A DNA stretch of 64,000 bases from Rubripirellula sp. GTDB lineage: Bacteria; Planctomycetota; Planctomycetia; Pirellulales; Pirellulaceae. The stretch is taken from the NCBI GenBank assembly GCA_965216875.1, contig OZ244207.1:2464001-2528000 (forward strand), written 5' to 3'. The stretch's first letter is position 1. Every line of letters starts with the position of its first letter. Shown in pieces: positions 31,498 through 42,295 of the stretch. The translations under genes were made by a program, and so were the position numbers. The notes under the pieces were generated by a model. It saw only the letters and a list, made by a program, of their open reading frames with translations, was not told the origin of the DNA and did not search any database.

Positions 31498-31622
31498 GGG
31501 CGCAAGTCGGAAGGTTCCTCAGCCCGTTAGTGCGTTTCGCCCACCGATTGGACATCGATTCTTCGACAAAACAGGCAAATGCCCTCCCGACCCAAGGACA
31601 CACCACAATTGCCAGCGACGAA

Positions 31623-32228
31623 CTAGCGGTCCACACGCTTGTACGGTGCGTACCCGTAGTACTTCGGACGTGAATCGAGTCGCACATGCAACCACGCGAC
31701 TCCGCCGCCAGCGGTGTTGAGCCAAAGGGTGCGTTCACCAATGCTGGCCAGAACCGTTTCGGCAATCACTCGCCAAAAGGCTTGATGCTGCTCCTCGGGC
31801 GCCTGCCGAATGAAACTGGCGAGATGGCCGTAGGCGTCCTGGTCGGTTCGTGGTGAGGGGACGATCAGCGTGGCGTCGCCACTGAGGTTTTTGAACGAAA
31901 CCAGGCCAGCGTTGGAATCGTCCTTGCTGAAGTACTTTCGATAAGTCTTCGTGTCGGTCTTTCGTGAACAGAACCAACCGCTTTCGAGCAGCACGAATTC
32001 AAAAGGGTGGTCGATCGTGGCTTCGTCCAGCGGCGGCGTTTCCCAGCGGAACGCATCGAAGGGCGAATCGCTCAAGAGAGTTGTGTAGAAGCCGCGAAAC
32101 TCATCATTGGTTCGCCACAACTCAAGCGTTTCAGCGAAAGATAGTTGCTTGCCCTCACGCAAAATGGAATAACGCGTGACGCGGCCAGGCTCGACCGATT
32201 CCACATCCGCTTCAAACATACGTGCCAC
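31623..32228 (-). CDS. DUF6940-like conserved protein
   Basis: AFRWETPP, FKNLSGDATLIVP and WLNTAGGGVAWLHVRLDSRPKYY. Confidence 0.7.
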   Translation of the reverse strand: MARMFEADVESVEPGRVTRYSILREGKQLSFAETLELWRTNDEFRGFYTTLLSDSPFDAFRWETPPLDEATIDHPFEFVLLESGWFCSRKTDTKTYRKYFSKDDSNAGLVSFKNLSGDATLIVPSPRTDQDAYGHLASFIRQAPEEQHQAFWRVIAETVLASIGERTLWLNTAGGGVAWLHVRLDSRPKYYGYAPYKRVDR

Positions 32229-32254
32229 TTGTTTGATTTCTGGACCAATGCGGT

Positions 32255-33169
32255 CTATCCGGCATTCGATTCCTTGGCCTGGTCAATCTGCCGCTGTCGT
32301 TGACTGAAGCGTTCCTTCTGCTGGTCGGTCGTTTCGTCGACGCAGTGAGGGCAATGCACGCCAGGGCAGTAATCGGGATGCGATTGGTCTTCGACGGAAA
32401 CGGGCCAACCGCAACCAAAACACATCACATGCTCACCTTCGACCAATCCGTGACCCACCGAAACGCGTTGGTCGAACACAAAGCAGTCGCCGTTGAACTG
32501 TGAATCGATCTCGTCAACGGTCTCAAGGTATTTCAGGATCCCGCCACGCAGGTGATAGACTTCGTCGAACCCGCGTTCTTTCAACAATGCGGTCGACTTC
32601 TCACACCGAATACCACCGGTGCAAAACATCGCCACCTTTTTGTGCTGGCTGGGATCGAGAGTCTTCTCAACGAACTCAGGAAACTCGCGAAACGATTCGG
32701 TTTCCGGATTGACGGCACCTTCGAAAGTCCCGATCGCGACTTCGTAATCGTTGCGTGTATCGATCAGAATCACATCGGGATCGTTGATCAGTTCGTTCCA
32801 CTGTTCAGGATCGACGTAGGTACCAACCACATGATTCGGGTCGATTCCTTCGACGCCCATCGTGACGATCTCTTTCTTCAGCCGCACGCGCGTTCGCTTG
32901 AAGGGCATCTCCTCACAGAAAGATTCCTTGACCTCGAGCGCAGCCAAACGCGGGTCGTTGCGTAAGTAGGCAAGCAGATCGTCGATTGCGGCGCGCGAAC
33001 CGGCGATGGTGCCATTGATTCCTTCGGACGCAAGGAGCAGGGAACCTTTGACACCTGGATCGTCATTGCCACCCGCTTTCAACATCGCTTCACGCACCGG
33101 CTCGCGCAGCTCCTCGAAATCGGGGAGCGCAACGAAGCGATACAGAGCGGCAACGACGATCGTACTCAT
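32255..33169 (-). CDS. trhO: Rhodanese-family tRNA uridine(34) hydroxylase
   Basis: [25 protein letters not shown] and CFVFDQRV. Confidence 0.92.
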   Translation of the reverse strand: MSTIVVAALYRFVALPDFEELREPVREAMLKAGGNDDPGVKGSLLLASEGINGTIAGSRAAIDDLLAYLRNDPRLAALEVKESFCEEMPFKRTRVRLKKEIVTMGVEGIDPNHVVGTYVDPEQWNELINDPDVILIDTRNDYEVAIGTFEGAVNPETESFREFPEFVEKTLDPSQHKKVAMFCTGGIRCEKSTALLKERGFDEVYHLRGGILKYLETVDEIDSQFNGDCFVFDQRVSVGHGLVEGEHVMCFGCGWPVSVEDQSHPDYCPGVHCPHCVDETTDQQKERFSQRQRQIDQAKESNAG

Positions 33170-33186
33170 AACAACACCGATACTCT

Positions 33187-33702
33187 TTAGACGAGCATTC
33201 GCAACGCGGCCATCGCTGCGTCATAGTCAGGTTCTTCGGTGACTTCGGCAACGATTTCTTTGTAAGCAACGTTTCCGTCGGCGTCCAAGACAACGACAGC
33301 ACGCGTCAACAACTTCAGCTCTTCGATGGTCACTCCATAGTCGTTACCAAACGCGTGCGTTTGGTAATCGCTTGCGGTACGCATCGAAACGTCCTCGGCA
33401 CCACAGAACCGGGCTTGCGCGAATGGCAAGTCACGACTCACGGTCACCGCGTTGACCTTGTCGCCAAGGCTTCCAAGTTCTTCGTTGAATCGTTTGGTTT
33501 GCACAGCACAAACGGGTGTATCGAGACTCGGCACAATGCTGATGAAGCTCGGTTTGCCCTTGAGCTGGTCGAGGGTCAATTCCTGCAAGCCGTTTTCGGC
33601 GTAGTGCAGGCTGAACGCGGGGGCAGGTGAGCCGACGGCCAGGTCTTCGCCTGCCAACGTCATTGGATTGCCCTTGAATGTGATTACTCCAGAACGTCCC
33701 AC
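33187..33702 (-). CDS. tpx: Thiol peroxidase
   Basis: [26 protein letters not shown] and EPDYD; GTG 33702 with GGAG RBS. Confidence 0.95.
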   Translation of the reverse strand: MGRSGVITFKGNPMTLAGEDLAVGSPAPAFSLHYAENGLQELTLDQLKGKPSFISIVPSLDTPVCAVQTKRFNEELGSLGDKVNAVTVSRDLPFAQARFCGAEDVSMRTASDYQTHAFGNDYGVTIEELKLLTRAVVVLDADGNVAYKEIVAEVTEEPDYDAAMAALRMLV

Positions 33703-33901
33703 GTGTTTTCTCCGAAAAAAGCGGACTCGATGGATGAAAGGAAGGTTCGGCCGCTTCTGCTTGGGGCGACCCGAATTCTGCAACAAAAGTATGGTGTTCT
33801 TGGGCGATTTGGTGAATGGGGTGCCTAAAGACTTGCGACGCGACCCGTGGGGCCAGCGAAGGTTCCTTGGGGACTTGTGAGGGTTCTTTGGGTAAACTCT
33901 C

Positions 33902-36079
33902 ATGGCTGTTTCCACACGGGTGGCCTGGCAACGCATTCTTACGCGTTCGCTCGCCCGCCTGCTTGTCACGCACCCACCACGAACCGCCACTGTGAACTTT
34001 TCATCCACCCGATCGGTTGGCTTTTTGCAAATGGCCCTGGGCATGCTCGCCGTTTTGGCCGCTGACGTCGCCAATGGCGCCGATTCCCGATACGCTCACA
34101 GCGACTCGAACGCTCGCTTCTTGCATTGGATCGACCTCTACGACGCAGACGGACGCAAGATCACGCCCGAATCGAACCGTCCCTATTCGGCATCAAAGAC
34201 GTGTGGCCGATGCCACGATTACGAATCGATTTCGCACGGGTGGCATTTCAACGCATTTGACCCCGAATCGGTGGCCGGGCGTCGTGGCGAACCTTGGATC
34301 TGGACCGACGCGCGGACCGGAACCCAGCTGCCATTGTCCTACCGCGATTGGTCACACACCTATCAGCCAGGCGATCTCGGGATCACAACCTGGGAGATGA
34401 CCAAGAAGTTTGGCGCGCGGATTCCTGGCGGCGGCATTGGACATGCGCCGCCTTCTCCCGCCGAGGCGGAACCAGAGGATGGCTCCGAAAACGACACGAC
34501 TGAACCGCCCGCTAATCGTTGGCCGCTTACCGGTTCTCTCGAAATCGATTGCATGATCTGCCATGCGTCCTCAGGTGCTTACGACTTCAACACGCGACGC
34601 GAACAAATCGAGCAAGAGAACTTTGCGGCTGCGGCGACCGCGGCGCTCCATTTGGGCAAGATCGACGGCAACGTCTCCCGCATCAAAGACGGCTCCGACC
34701 CAAACGACGAATCGACTCAAGCGAAACTTCCCAAGGTCAGCTATGACCCCGCACGTTTTTCGCCTGAGGGAACCGTCTTCATGGATTTGATTCGCAAACC
34801 GACGAGCAATGCCTGCTACCAATGCCATAGTCAGCGAACGGTCGACAAACACGGGATCGAAAAACGTTGGATCCATGACGAAGACGTTCACCTTCGCGCT
34901 GGAATGGAATGCACCGACTGCCACCGCAACGGAATCGATCATCACATCACTCGTGGTTTTGAAGGCGAGCAACATCCCAGCCAACAAATGGTCGGCACGC
35001 TCTCCTGCAAGGGTTGCCATCTGGGAACGGAGAGTGCTGACAGCCATGGCGAACCGAGCAAAGACATCTACGCGCGAGCGGGTCGGCTCGGATCGCCCAA
35101 ACCGGCGCACGCTGGATTGCCACCACTCCACTTCGAAAAGCTCTCCTGCACCGCCTGCCATGGCGGACCAGCACCACGCAACGAAGCGATTCGCGTGATG
35201 ACCTCACTTGCCCATTCACTGGGATCAAAGGATCACCGCACCGGAAACGAATTGCCAGCCGTTCTCGGTCCGGTCTACACCAAAGGAGAAGACGGCCGAG
35301 TTTACCCGCAACGTTCGATGTGGCCCGCGTTTTGGGGAGTTGTTGCCGACGGAAAGATCACTCCCATTGCTCCGGAAAAGGTCTACGACACCACTCGACG
35401 CACGCTACGCGTTCGCAAGGATTTTGTCAGCGAGTTGGTCAAGCCGAAATTGTCCAGCAAAGAACTTGCCGAAGTGCTTGGTGACGAGCGAGCCAAGCTC
35501 GACCGGCAAGAATGGACGGACGAAGACATCGCCAATCATGACAAGGTGCAATCTGAAAAAGGGCGAGCGTTGTTCGAAGAGAAGGTCTCCGCGGCACTCG
35601 AGGCACTGGAAAAGGAACTCGAAGTCGAACAGGTCGTTTACGTTTCGGCGGGCGTGATCTACGCTCGCGACACCGAGGAAGAGGCCGAAGCTGGCAAACT
35701 CAAATCGATTGAAGTCGATGATCCGAAAGCAACCGGCATGATCACTTGGCCGCTGGCACACAATGTTCGCCCAGCGGGTTGGTCGCTAGGAGTCGGCGGG
35801 TGCGTCGAATGCCACGCCGCCGACGGCAAGATCTTTGCCTCGACGGTTGCCGCCGCAGGGCCCGGACCCGATGCAGGCAAGCCGATCGCGATGGCAGTGC
35901 TCCAAAACATTCCAACCGACCAACGTCTGGCTTGGAATGAGCTCTTTAAAGGCCGCAAAGACTTCAAGTACATCGTGGCCGGATCGATCGCCGTCCTGGC
36001 GATGATCTTATTGATCGGAATTGGCGCCGCCGCAGGCCGGCTTGCCGGTCGCACCAAAGTCGCATCGGAGGCCAAGTGA
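33902..36079 (+). CDS. Membrane-anchored multihaem cytochrome c (7 CxxCH)
   Basis: CGRCH, CMICH, CYQCH, CTDCH, CKGCH, CTACH, CVECH; N-terminal signal peptide and C-terminal TM helix; start uncertain. Confidence 0.9.
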   Translation: MAVSTRVAWQRILTRSLARLLVTHPPRTATVNFSSTRSVGFLQMALGMLAVLAADVANGADSRYAHSDSNARFLHWIDLYDADGRKITPESNRPYSASKTCGRCHDYESISHGWHFNAFDPESVAGRRGEPWIWTDARTGTQLPLSYRDWSHTYQPGDLGITTWEMTKKFGARIPGGGIGHAPPSPAEAEPEDGSENDTTEPPANRWPLTGSLEIDCMICHASSGAYDFNTRREQIEQENFAAAATAALHLGKIDGNVSRIKDGSDPNDESTQAKLPKVSYDPARFSPEGTVFMDLIRKPTSNACYQCHSQRTVDKHGIEKRWIHDEDVHLRAGMECTDCHRNGIDHHITRGFEGEQHPSQQMVGTLSCKGCHLGTESADSHGEPSKDIYARAGRLGSPKPAHAGLPPLHFEKLSCTACHGGPAPRNEAIRVMTSLAHSLGSKDHRTGNELPAVLGPVYTKGEDGRVYPQRSMWPAFWGVVADGKITPIAPEKVYDTTRRTLRVRKDFVSELVKPKLSSKELAEVLGDERAKLDRQEWTDEDIANHDKVQSEKGRALFEEKVSAALEALEKELEVEQVVYVSAGVIYARDTEEEAEAGKLKSIEVDDPKATGMITWPLAHNVRPAGWSLGVGGCVECHAADGKIFASTVAAAGPGPDAGKPIAMAVLQNIPTDQRLAWNELFKGRKDFKYIVAGSIAVLAMILLIGIGAAAGRLAGRTKVASEAK

Positions 36080-36513
36080 TGAAAGGGATTATCGACGGGA
36101 TTCTCATCGTCGTCCTGATCGGGATTGTCGCCGCACTGTTGATCAGTCTGGTGCCTTGGTCGACAGGGCGTCCGTTGAGTGGAACGATGCTGCTCGTGCA
36201 CATGTTTGCCAGCGGGGCATTGGTCGGCATCTTGCCGCTGTTTGCGATTTCGTACCTTTGGAAATCGCTCAGCCACCTAACCGCGGGAACGCTACAGCGA
36301 ATCGGGTACTGGACACTGGTCCCCACTGGACTGATCACCATCGCCACCGTTTTTGTCTGCATGCTGCCCGTCGCCTCGACCGAGCAGATGCACGAGCTAA
36401 TGGTGGTCCACAGCTATGCCGGGTTCGCGATGGTTCCCGCATTGTTGTTGCTGGCCGTTGGAGCACTGCGTTGGCGGCGCATCCAATCGACACGCTCAAC
36501 CACTCCCGGGTGA
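36076..36513 (+). CDS. Four-TM membrane protein, possible cytochrome b-like partner
   Basis: 4-bp overlap with the cytochrome stop; His in LLVHMFASG and MVVHSYAG helices. Confidence 0.65.
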   Translation: MMKGIIDGILIVVLIGIVAALLISLVPWSTGRPLSGTMLLVHMFASGALVGILPLFAISYLWKSLSHLTAGTLQRIGYWTLVPTGLITIATVFVCMLPVASTEQMHELMVVHSYAGFAMVPALLLLAVGALRWRRIQSTRSTTPG

Positions 36514-37685
36514 AGCCAACTTGCTCGTTGCATCGCCGGATGATCTTCGGTCACCCGATGCAGTGCACTCGCGAGTGTTTCGGCGGCCGCATCGTAGGTC
36601 GCAGGAACGTGATCAATCGAACCGCCGATCTTTTCAGCCAACTTGCAGGCGACGACGTCGGCATCGTATTCGGTGCGATAGGCCACGGCGCGAAGCGTCA
36701 ACATCGTAAGCAAAATGCCAATCACGCTTCCGACGCCCATCGCCCAAGTGGCGCTGCCTGCGACATAGCTAATCAGTGCGCCAGCACCCCAAGCGGGTAG
36801 AACCGACAGCATGCGAATCGGGACGTGTCGCCGTTTCAAGTGTGCCGCTTCGTGTAAAACCACCATCGCGACTTGCTCGCGTGGCAGTTCGTCGAGCAAA
36901 CGATCACTGACCAGCAACGTTCGCAGCGGTGGTGCAAAGCCTGCGACCATGGCGTTGAACGACTTCCCTTCCGTCTCCCACCGAACCGACTTGGTCCGTT
37001 TGAGTCCAACCGCCGCCATCAAACTTGCGATCCAGGCCTGATCGTCCTGGTCAAGTTTCGACGTTTTAAACAGGTGCCGGATCAGCCAAGGCAAACCAAA
37101 GGGAACGAACGCAAACGCCGATACCATGGCGATGATCTGCGATGAACCATCAAAAGCGAGGGATGCGAGATCGTTGATGCCCAGCAGAATCAGGATCGGT
37201 GCGACGAGCCAAGCCATCCCGCCGCGAAAAGTGAGCCATAGCGATCGGAAGTAGTTTCGGGCGCCACGATCGGTATAGCCAAGCTTCGCACCATAGTACT
37301 GCTCGGCAGACCACGTTCCGATCGTGATCAACACCGCTGGTGAAAGGAGCGCGAGTGCTTGCAGGAACATGGAATGTTCTAGGACCGGCGCGGTGTCGAG
37401 CACGCGTGCCAGACCAAAGCCGCCTAAACACAACACGGAAACGCCTAAGCCGAGGTAACGGAACGCTTCCAGTTGCTTCTCGATCCAGTTCGCGCCCACA
37501 AGCGGGTCAAGCGAATCTTCGAGAACCTGTTTTGCAATCGCCCGGGCACCGATGTGGCAAAGCAACCACCAGCTGGTCACCATTCCCATGCTCGCGACGA
37601 TCGCTCGCAAAGGATCGACGTCACCCGGAGGTAGCGACCCACAACTGAGCGAAATCACAACGACAAGGAAATAGTAGAGCTGCAT
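36414..37685 (-). CDS. M48 family membrane metalloprotease
   Basis: NAMVAG, LHEAAHL, EYDAD and HPGVVER motifs; multiple TM helices. Confidence 0.85.
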   Translation of the reverse strand: MQLYYFLVVVISLSCGSLPPGDVDPLRAIVASMGMVTSWWLLCHIGARAIAKQVLEDSLDPLVGANWIEKQLEAFRYLGLGVSVLCLGGFGLARVLDTAPVLEHSMFLQALALLSPAVLITIGTWSAEQYYGAKLGYTDRGARNYFRSLWLTFRGGMAWLVAPILILLGINDLASLAFDGSSQIIAMVSAFAFVPFGLPWLIRHLFKTSKLDQDDQAWIASLMAAVGLKRTKSVRWETEGKSFNAMVAGFAPPLRTLLVSDRLLDELPREQVAMVVLHEAAHLKRRHVPIRMLSVLPAWGAGALISYVAGSATWAMGVGSVIGILLTMLTLRAVAYRTEYDADVVACKLAEKIGGSIDHVPATYDAAAETLASALHRVTEDHPAMQRASWLHPGVVERVDWMRRQRSAPTASNNNAGTIANPA

Positions 37686-37836
37686 GCTGCGTTACCAAAA
37701 CGATGCCCGTGGGCAGAGAGAAGAAGATCGCAGTGTAGCCCGCGAGTTTGCCCGATACCGGAATCGCCCGAAGATTTCCGAGCACGACACGTCGCAAAGT
37801 CGAGCGGTTGTGAGGATCGTGACGCCTGGACGGCCC

Positions 37837-37876
37837 GTAGGCCGGATCAAGGAGCGTCAGCGACGCAGATCCGGCA
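37837..37876 (+). repeat. Enterobacterial-like REP, copy 1
   Basis: GTAGGCCGGATCAAGGAGCGTCAGCGACGCAGATCCGGCA; second copy at 58968. Confidence 0.85.
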
Positions 37877-37940
37877 CCTGCCTGTTTGCCCCACAAAAAA
37901 CCTGGCCGCTTACGCGAGTCTCGGCTCAAGAGTGTGAAGA

Positions 37941-39341
37941 TCAGTCCTGAACGCCGTGACTGAGCAAACAGTCGTCCACCGAAACATTCGCCGTTTCGCG
38001 CAGCCAGATCGACGTCCCCTCTGCCTCCGGCCGATCATCACGAACAAGACAATCGGACACACAACTATTGGTGACTTCATCAAACAGCAGACCGCAGGCT
38101 CCATAGTCAACAATGTTGCAACCGGAAACGTTCAAACGATTGCAGCGCCGGAAAACCATCGCCGCTTCGCCCTTGACCACTCCTGAAAGCTGGTTTCCAG
38201 AAAAAGTGCAATCACTCGAATCGACGACAAAGACCCCAAGCCGAGCGTCGGCGCCATCTCCGTAGTGGTAGCGTGGGTTCCGGTCCAACACGTTCCCCGT
38301 CATCGCAACGTTGCTGCAGCGGTCGAGAATCACATTGCTTGTGTATCCCTTCCACATCGTGTTGCCCGTAATGGTCACGCCGCGCGCATTCTCAATCGCG
38401 ATGTTCACTTGCACGTCCGACAGAATGTTGTCAGCGATCGTGATGTTTCCGTGGCGGCGTTCAGGTGTGAAGGAACGCTCCGACGAAAAACCGTTGAAAC
38501 GAATGTTCGCTGAATTTGGAGCGTCGTGTGAATGTTGAATAGTGCAGCCAACAATTGCGACCTCGCCAATCGAACTTTGTGACGAATCCAGCAATACATT
38601 GGCTGTCGCTTCTGACCCAGGGCCACCCATGTTTCCTTCGATGTCGCAGGTTCCGATTTGCAGATTCCGAATCTCACTCAGCTTCGAAACCACACCACCA
38701 CCGTCGTTGTAGCTGATATGGCAGTTGGCGATATTGATTTGGTGAAGGTTCAACTGATCCAAGAACACCCCGATCCCTCGATTGTCATACAGGTGACATT
38801 CCGACAGCGTTACGTTTCGATTGCGACCGGTTAGCCTGACACCGTGAAGGCACTCTCGAACAACAACGCGTGTCAGCGTCAATTGCATCGTGCCATCGGC
38901 TTCAATCCCCGATGCATCGGGGTGATGTCCGACAATATCGATTCCATCGACCATCGGACTGTGTTCACGTTTCCAAACGCGCGCGTCAAACGTCGTCGGA
39001 TTCGCCGTACCGTCGTGCGATCCCTTGAAACGCAATGCTGGCCCAGCACCATCCATCACAATCCGGGCAACACCGTGACCTGAAAGCGACGTGTTCCCCA
39101 CTTTCGACAGGTCGATCACAATCGGCTTGGTGATCCGATAAACACCTTTCGAGAGGGAAACGTTTCCCGTCGATTGATCAATCATGCGCTGAATTGTGTC
39201 CGAATCATCGGCGACACCGTCACCTACGGGCGCGGCAGCAATTGCCCCAGCGTCTCGATTTGATTGACCGTAAATCGCCAGAAACCAGAACAACCAAACC
39301 ACAAGCAGCGTGACAAGAAAGACAGTCGTTCGGCGCATCAA
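37941..39341 (-). CDS. Secreted right-handed parallel beta-helix protein
   Basis: GDGVADDSDTIQ start motif and repeated NITIxxN strands. Confidence 0.85.
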   Translation of the reverse strand: MMRRTTVFLVTLLVVWLFWFLAIYGQSNRDAGAIAAAPVGDGVADDSDTIQRMIDQSTGNVSLSKGVYRITKPIVIDLSKVGNTSLSGHGVARIVMDGAGPALRFKGSHDGTANPTTFDARVWKREHSPMVDGIDIVGHHPDASGIEADGTMQLTLTRVVVRECLHGVRLTGRNRNVTLSECHLYDNRGIGVFLDQLNLHQINIANCHISYNDGGGVVSKLSEIRNLQIGTCDIEGNMGGPGSEATANVLLDSSQSSIGEVAIVGCTIQHSHDAPNSANIRFNGFSSERSFTPERRHGNITIADNILSDVQVNIAIENARGVTITGNTMWKGYTSNVILDRCSNVAMTGNVLDRNPRYHYGDGADARLGVFVVDSSDCTFSGNQLSGVVKGEAAMVFRRCNRLNVSGCNIVDYGACGLLFDEVTNSCVSDCLVRDDRPEAEGTSIWLRETANVSVDDCLLSHGVQD

Positions 39342-39368
39342 TTTCCCCCAGGAAGTAAATCGAGATCG

Positions 39369-40772
39369 TTACATCGGCGCGATTCGGCGCGAACCGACAT
39401 CGGTCGTCAACACGACGTGTGCGTCAAAAGCATCGCGAATCAATTCGCTCTTGATCGCTTGACTTTCCGGATCATCCCAAAGGTCTTCAAACTCCCACGG
39501 ATCGCGATCGAGATCATAGAGTTCGCCGACACCTTTGTCGTGATACATGCACAACTTGTGAGTTCGCGTGCGGAACATTGTGCCGTACGTACCGCTGCCC
39601 CCCGTAAAATGCGGGTCAAGTGCATCAAAGTACTCGGACCTCACATAGTCACGCAGCGTAGAGGGATCGGCATCGCCGCGCAATATCGGCAACAAGCTTT
39701 TGCCCTGCATGTCTTCGGGCTGGTCGATACCGGCAAGTTCCACCAACGTCGCGCTCAGGTCGAGTAGTTCCACAAGCGCCTCCGAGACGAGACCTCCCTT
39801 GAACTCGCGCGGCCAAGAAAAGACGAGCGGCACTCGAACGAGACCTTCGTAAAAACGGCAGCCTTTGAACATGAGGCCATGGTCGCCCAGTGCTTCGCCG
39901 TGATCGCTTGTAAAGATGATCACGGTGTTGTCGCGTTGCCCCGTTGCCTCAAGCGCATCGACGATCCTCGCGAACTGATCGTCGATTTGCTTGATCATCG
40001 CATAGTACAACGCTTGAACGCGTTTCGCGTCGTGTTGTTCGGGCGTACGAATCTCATCTTGAAAATCGAGTTTGGCGAGTTTGGCTTGCTGGTCAAGGTC
40101 GCTCTCTCGAAAGTACGGCCCCGGCATCGATTCAGGATCGAACTGATCCGCATAAACCTTTGGCGGGATGAAGGGCGGATGCGGGTCGTAAATGTTCAAG
40201 TTCAGCAGCCACGGCTCGTTCCGATCCTTGGCCTGTTCAATAAACTCGATCGCACACTCGGATGCCCAGGTGGTTTGATGCATCGACGGATCAACTCGGT
40301 CTTCGCTTTCCCGCATTGCATCAAGATCGCCGCCCAGGTTCTTCACCCAGTCGGCGTAGTGGTGTCCTTCAGCCCAGTCGTCGCGTGGCGCATGACTGAA
40401 ACGCCAATAGGAAAAGCCGTCGTCAAGCCGCGGCTCGGTCCGGCGCCCGGCGCTCTGTAAATGGAACTTGCCGACCAGCCCACAGTAGTAGCCCGCATCG
40501 GCGATCCTTTTGGTGATCAATGGCGTTCCACTCGGAAACGTGTCGTTACCATTACGCGTATTGTGCACACGGGACGGGTAAAGCCCCGTCATGAAGCTGG
40601 ACCGGCTCGGCGTGCAAATCGGACTCTGGCAATAGGCGTGCGTGAAGGCGACGCCATCGGCAACCAAGGCATCGATGTTCGGAGTGCGAACGTGAGGGTT
40701 TCCGAGAGCGGCGATGGTGTCGAAACGCTGCTGGTCGGTACAGTACCAGAGAATATTGGGGCGGGCATTCAT
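39369..40772 (-). CDS. Sulfatase (S1, Cys-type), no signal peptide
   Basis: PNILW..DQ, CTPSRSSFMTG, GKFH, DPHPP and TSDHG. Confidence 0.95.
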   Translation of the reverse strand: MNARPNILWYCTDQQRFDTIAALGNPHVRTPNIDALVADGVAFTHAYCQSPICTPSRSSFMTGLYPSRVHNTRNGNDTFPSGTPLITKRIADAGYYCGLVGKFHLQSAGRRTEPRLDDGFSYWRFSHAPRDDWAEGHHYADWVKNLGGDLDAMRESEDRVDPSMHQTTWASECAIEFIEQAKDRNEPWLLNLNIYDPHPPFIPPKVYADQFDPESMPGPYFRESDLDQQAKLAKLDFQDEIRTPEQHDAKRVQALYYAMIKQIDDQFARIVDALEATGQRDNTVIIFTSDHGEALGDHGLMFKGCRFYEGLVRVPLVFSWPREFKGGLVSEALVELLDLSATLVELAGIDQPEDMQGKSLLPILRGDADPSTLRDYVRSEYFDALDPHFTGGSGTYGTMFRTRTHKLCMYHDKGVGELYDLDRDPWEFEDLWDDPESQAIKSELIRDAFDAHVVLTTDVGSRRIAPM

Positions 40773-40811
40773 GCGACCAGTTTAACAACTCGTCGCTGAT
40801 AGGTTGATAGA

Positions 40812-41003
40812 GTCGCCTTTCGCTCCGCGAAAGTTGCGCTCATGATCGCCACTCTTTCGGAGAGGCTGTGAATTTATGTGAGCCGAACGCGCTAGCGTCG
40901 GGCCTTGCGTTTCTCTTCGTCTTGAAGTGCCCGACGCTAGCGCGTGCGGCTCACGGGCCTCGGGAGCGGAGCGTCTGCGTTGCACACGGAGCGAAAGGCG
41001 ACT
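40812..41003. repeat. Nested REP mosaic
   Basis: GTCGCCTTTCGCTCCG (40812) and its inverse (40987-41003) enclose an inverted GTGAGCCG..GCTAGCGTCGGGC pair (40878-40954). Confidence 0.88.
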
Positions 41004-41050
41004 ATGGATAGAACTCAGCAGTGACGTGTTGCACGCCGGGCCCAACCAGC

Positions 41051-42295
41051 TCACAACGAGAACAGCATTTGTGTGCTCAAAATGTGGCGGTCATAGTCAA
41101 AGAACTTCAACCCCGACGCATTGGCTGTATTGGATTGATTGCCGATGTAGGTGTAGTCGAGCCGAAGGCTCACGCTGCGACTCGGCCACCACGTCAAACG
41201 CGGCGCAAAGCTCTTCTGGATTCCTAGCCGCACTTCCGTTCGCCGATCTCGTCTCGCGCGCCCAAGTGCATCAAGGCTGTTTGCGTTGTCATAGTCTTCC
41301 CACGCATAGCGAACGTCGGCGTCGGCAAAACAATTCCACCATAGCGATTGTTCGTAGCGAATCCCTGACTGATGCCCACGGCGGTCAAAATCAGAACCGT
41401 CCGCAGAGGTTCTGGAAAACCGGTAGACCAAGTAGACCCGGCCCGAGTTGTCAAACAAGTCGATCGCTTGCTTGACACCAACGCGATGAGTCACCCCCGA
41501 TTGATCCTGAGCGGGACGCAGGGCAATCGCCCGACTATCGAGCGGGTTGAACTCATAAAAGGCCGTTGTGTGCCCACCTGCTGCGAGACGCGAAAGGGAG
41601 GTGTTCAACCGGTGATCGCTTGCCAGACGTCGTTCGTTGAGCAACGTGTGATGGAACTCATAACGCGTTGCTCCGATCCAATCGGGACCAAAACGACGGT
41701 TGATGTAGCCGCCGCCCATGTAGTCCTGAAGATTGAAGTCCGTTGCATCGAATTGGAACGTGTCATAGGAGCTTCCGAGAATGCCAACCAACCAATCGTC
41801 CGTCGCGATCAGCCTGTAATCCAAGAACGATGCCACGAGTGATCGGTAGTCGCTCTTGTCCTCATCGGGTCCGAGTCCTGAGAGTTCTGGACGCAGTCGA
41901 ACGTTGCTGTCGTATTCACCGGCCAGCAGAACGGTCAAATCGTAGCGACGTGGTTTCGGCAGCAGCTTTGCGGCGACGTCTTGCTCGGCGATTGGCGGAG
42001 CATCGAAGGCGTCTTGAATTGTTCCCCGGCGAAGGTTCACATCATCGGGAAAGGGAAGAGAAGCAACCCGCAAAGAAGGTTCGGTTTGTGGGGTTGGGTC
42101 GGGCCGCGAAGCTGCTTCTTCGTCACTCCCATCACCCGCTTCTGGTTCGTCAGATTCAATCAGTGCGAAATCTAATCGACCGCCCTTTGTTGGCGCAACT
42201 TCATCGCCAGCCGCGAGGGCTGTCAGCAAAAAGAGCGTCGGCACGGTCGCAACGACGACGAGCCAAAGGCGTTTCACGAGGGGTTTCATGGCCAC
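41051..42295 (-). CDS. Putative outer-membrane beta-barrel protein
   Basis: Signal peptide, acidic linker, EYDSNV motif, alternating aromatic strands, C-terminal QMLFSL. Confidence 0.7.
   Translation of the reverse strand: MAMKPLVKRLWLVVVATVPTLFLLTALAAGDEVAPTKGGRLDFALIESDEPEAGDGSDEEAASRPDPTPQTEPSLRVASLPFPDDVNLRRGTIQDAFDAPPIAEQDVAAKLLPKPRRYDLTVLLAGEYDSNVRLRPELSGLGPDEDKSDYRSLVASFLDYRLIATDDWLVGILGSSYDTFQFDATDFNLQDYMGGGYINRRFGPDWIGATRYEFHHTLLNERRLASDHRLNTSLSRLAAGGHTTAFYEFNPLDSRAIALRPAQDQSGVTHRVGVKQAIDLFDNSGRVYLVYRFSRTSADGSDFDRRGHQSGIRYEQSLWWNCFADADVRYAWEDYDNANSLDALGRARRDRRTEVRLGIQKSFAPRLTWWPSRSVSLRLDYTYIGNQSNTANASGLKFFDYDRHILSTQMLFSL

Noticed and set aside
33703..34074. Long N-terminal extension of tpx
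   Set aside because: Tpx similarity starts at GTG 33702 with an RBS; the extension overlaps the divergent cytochrome gene.
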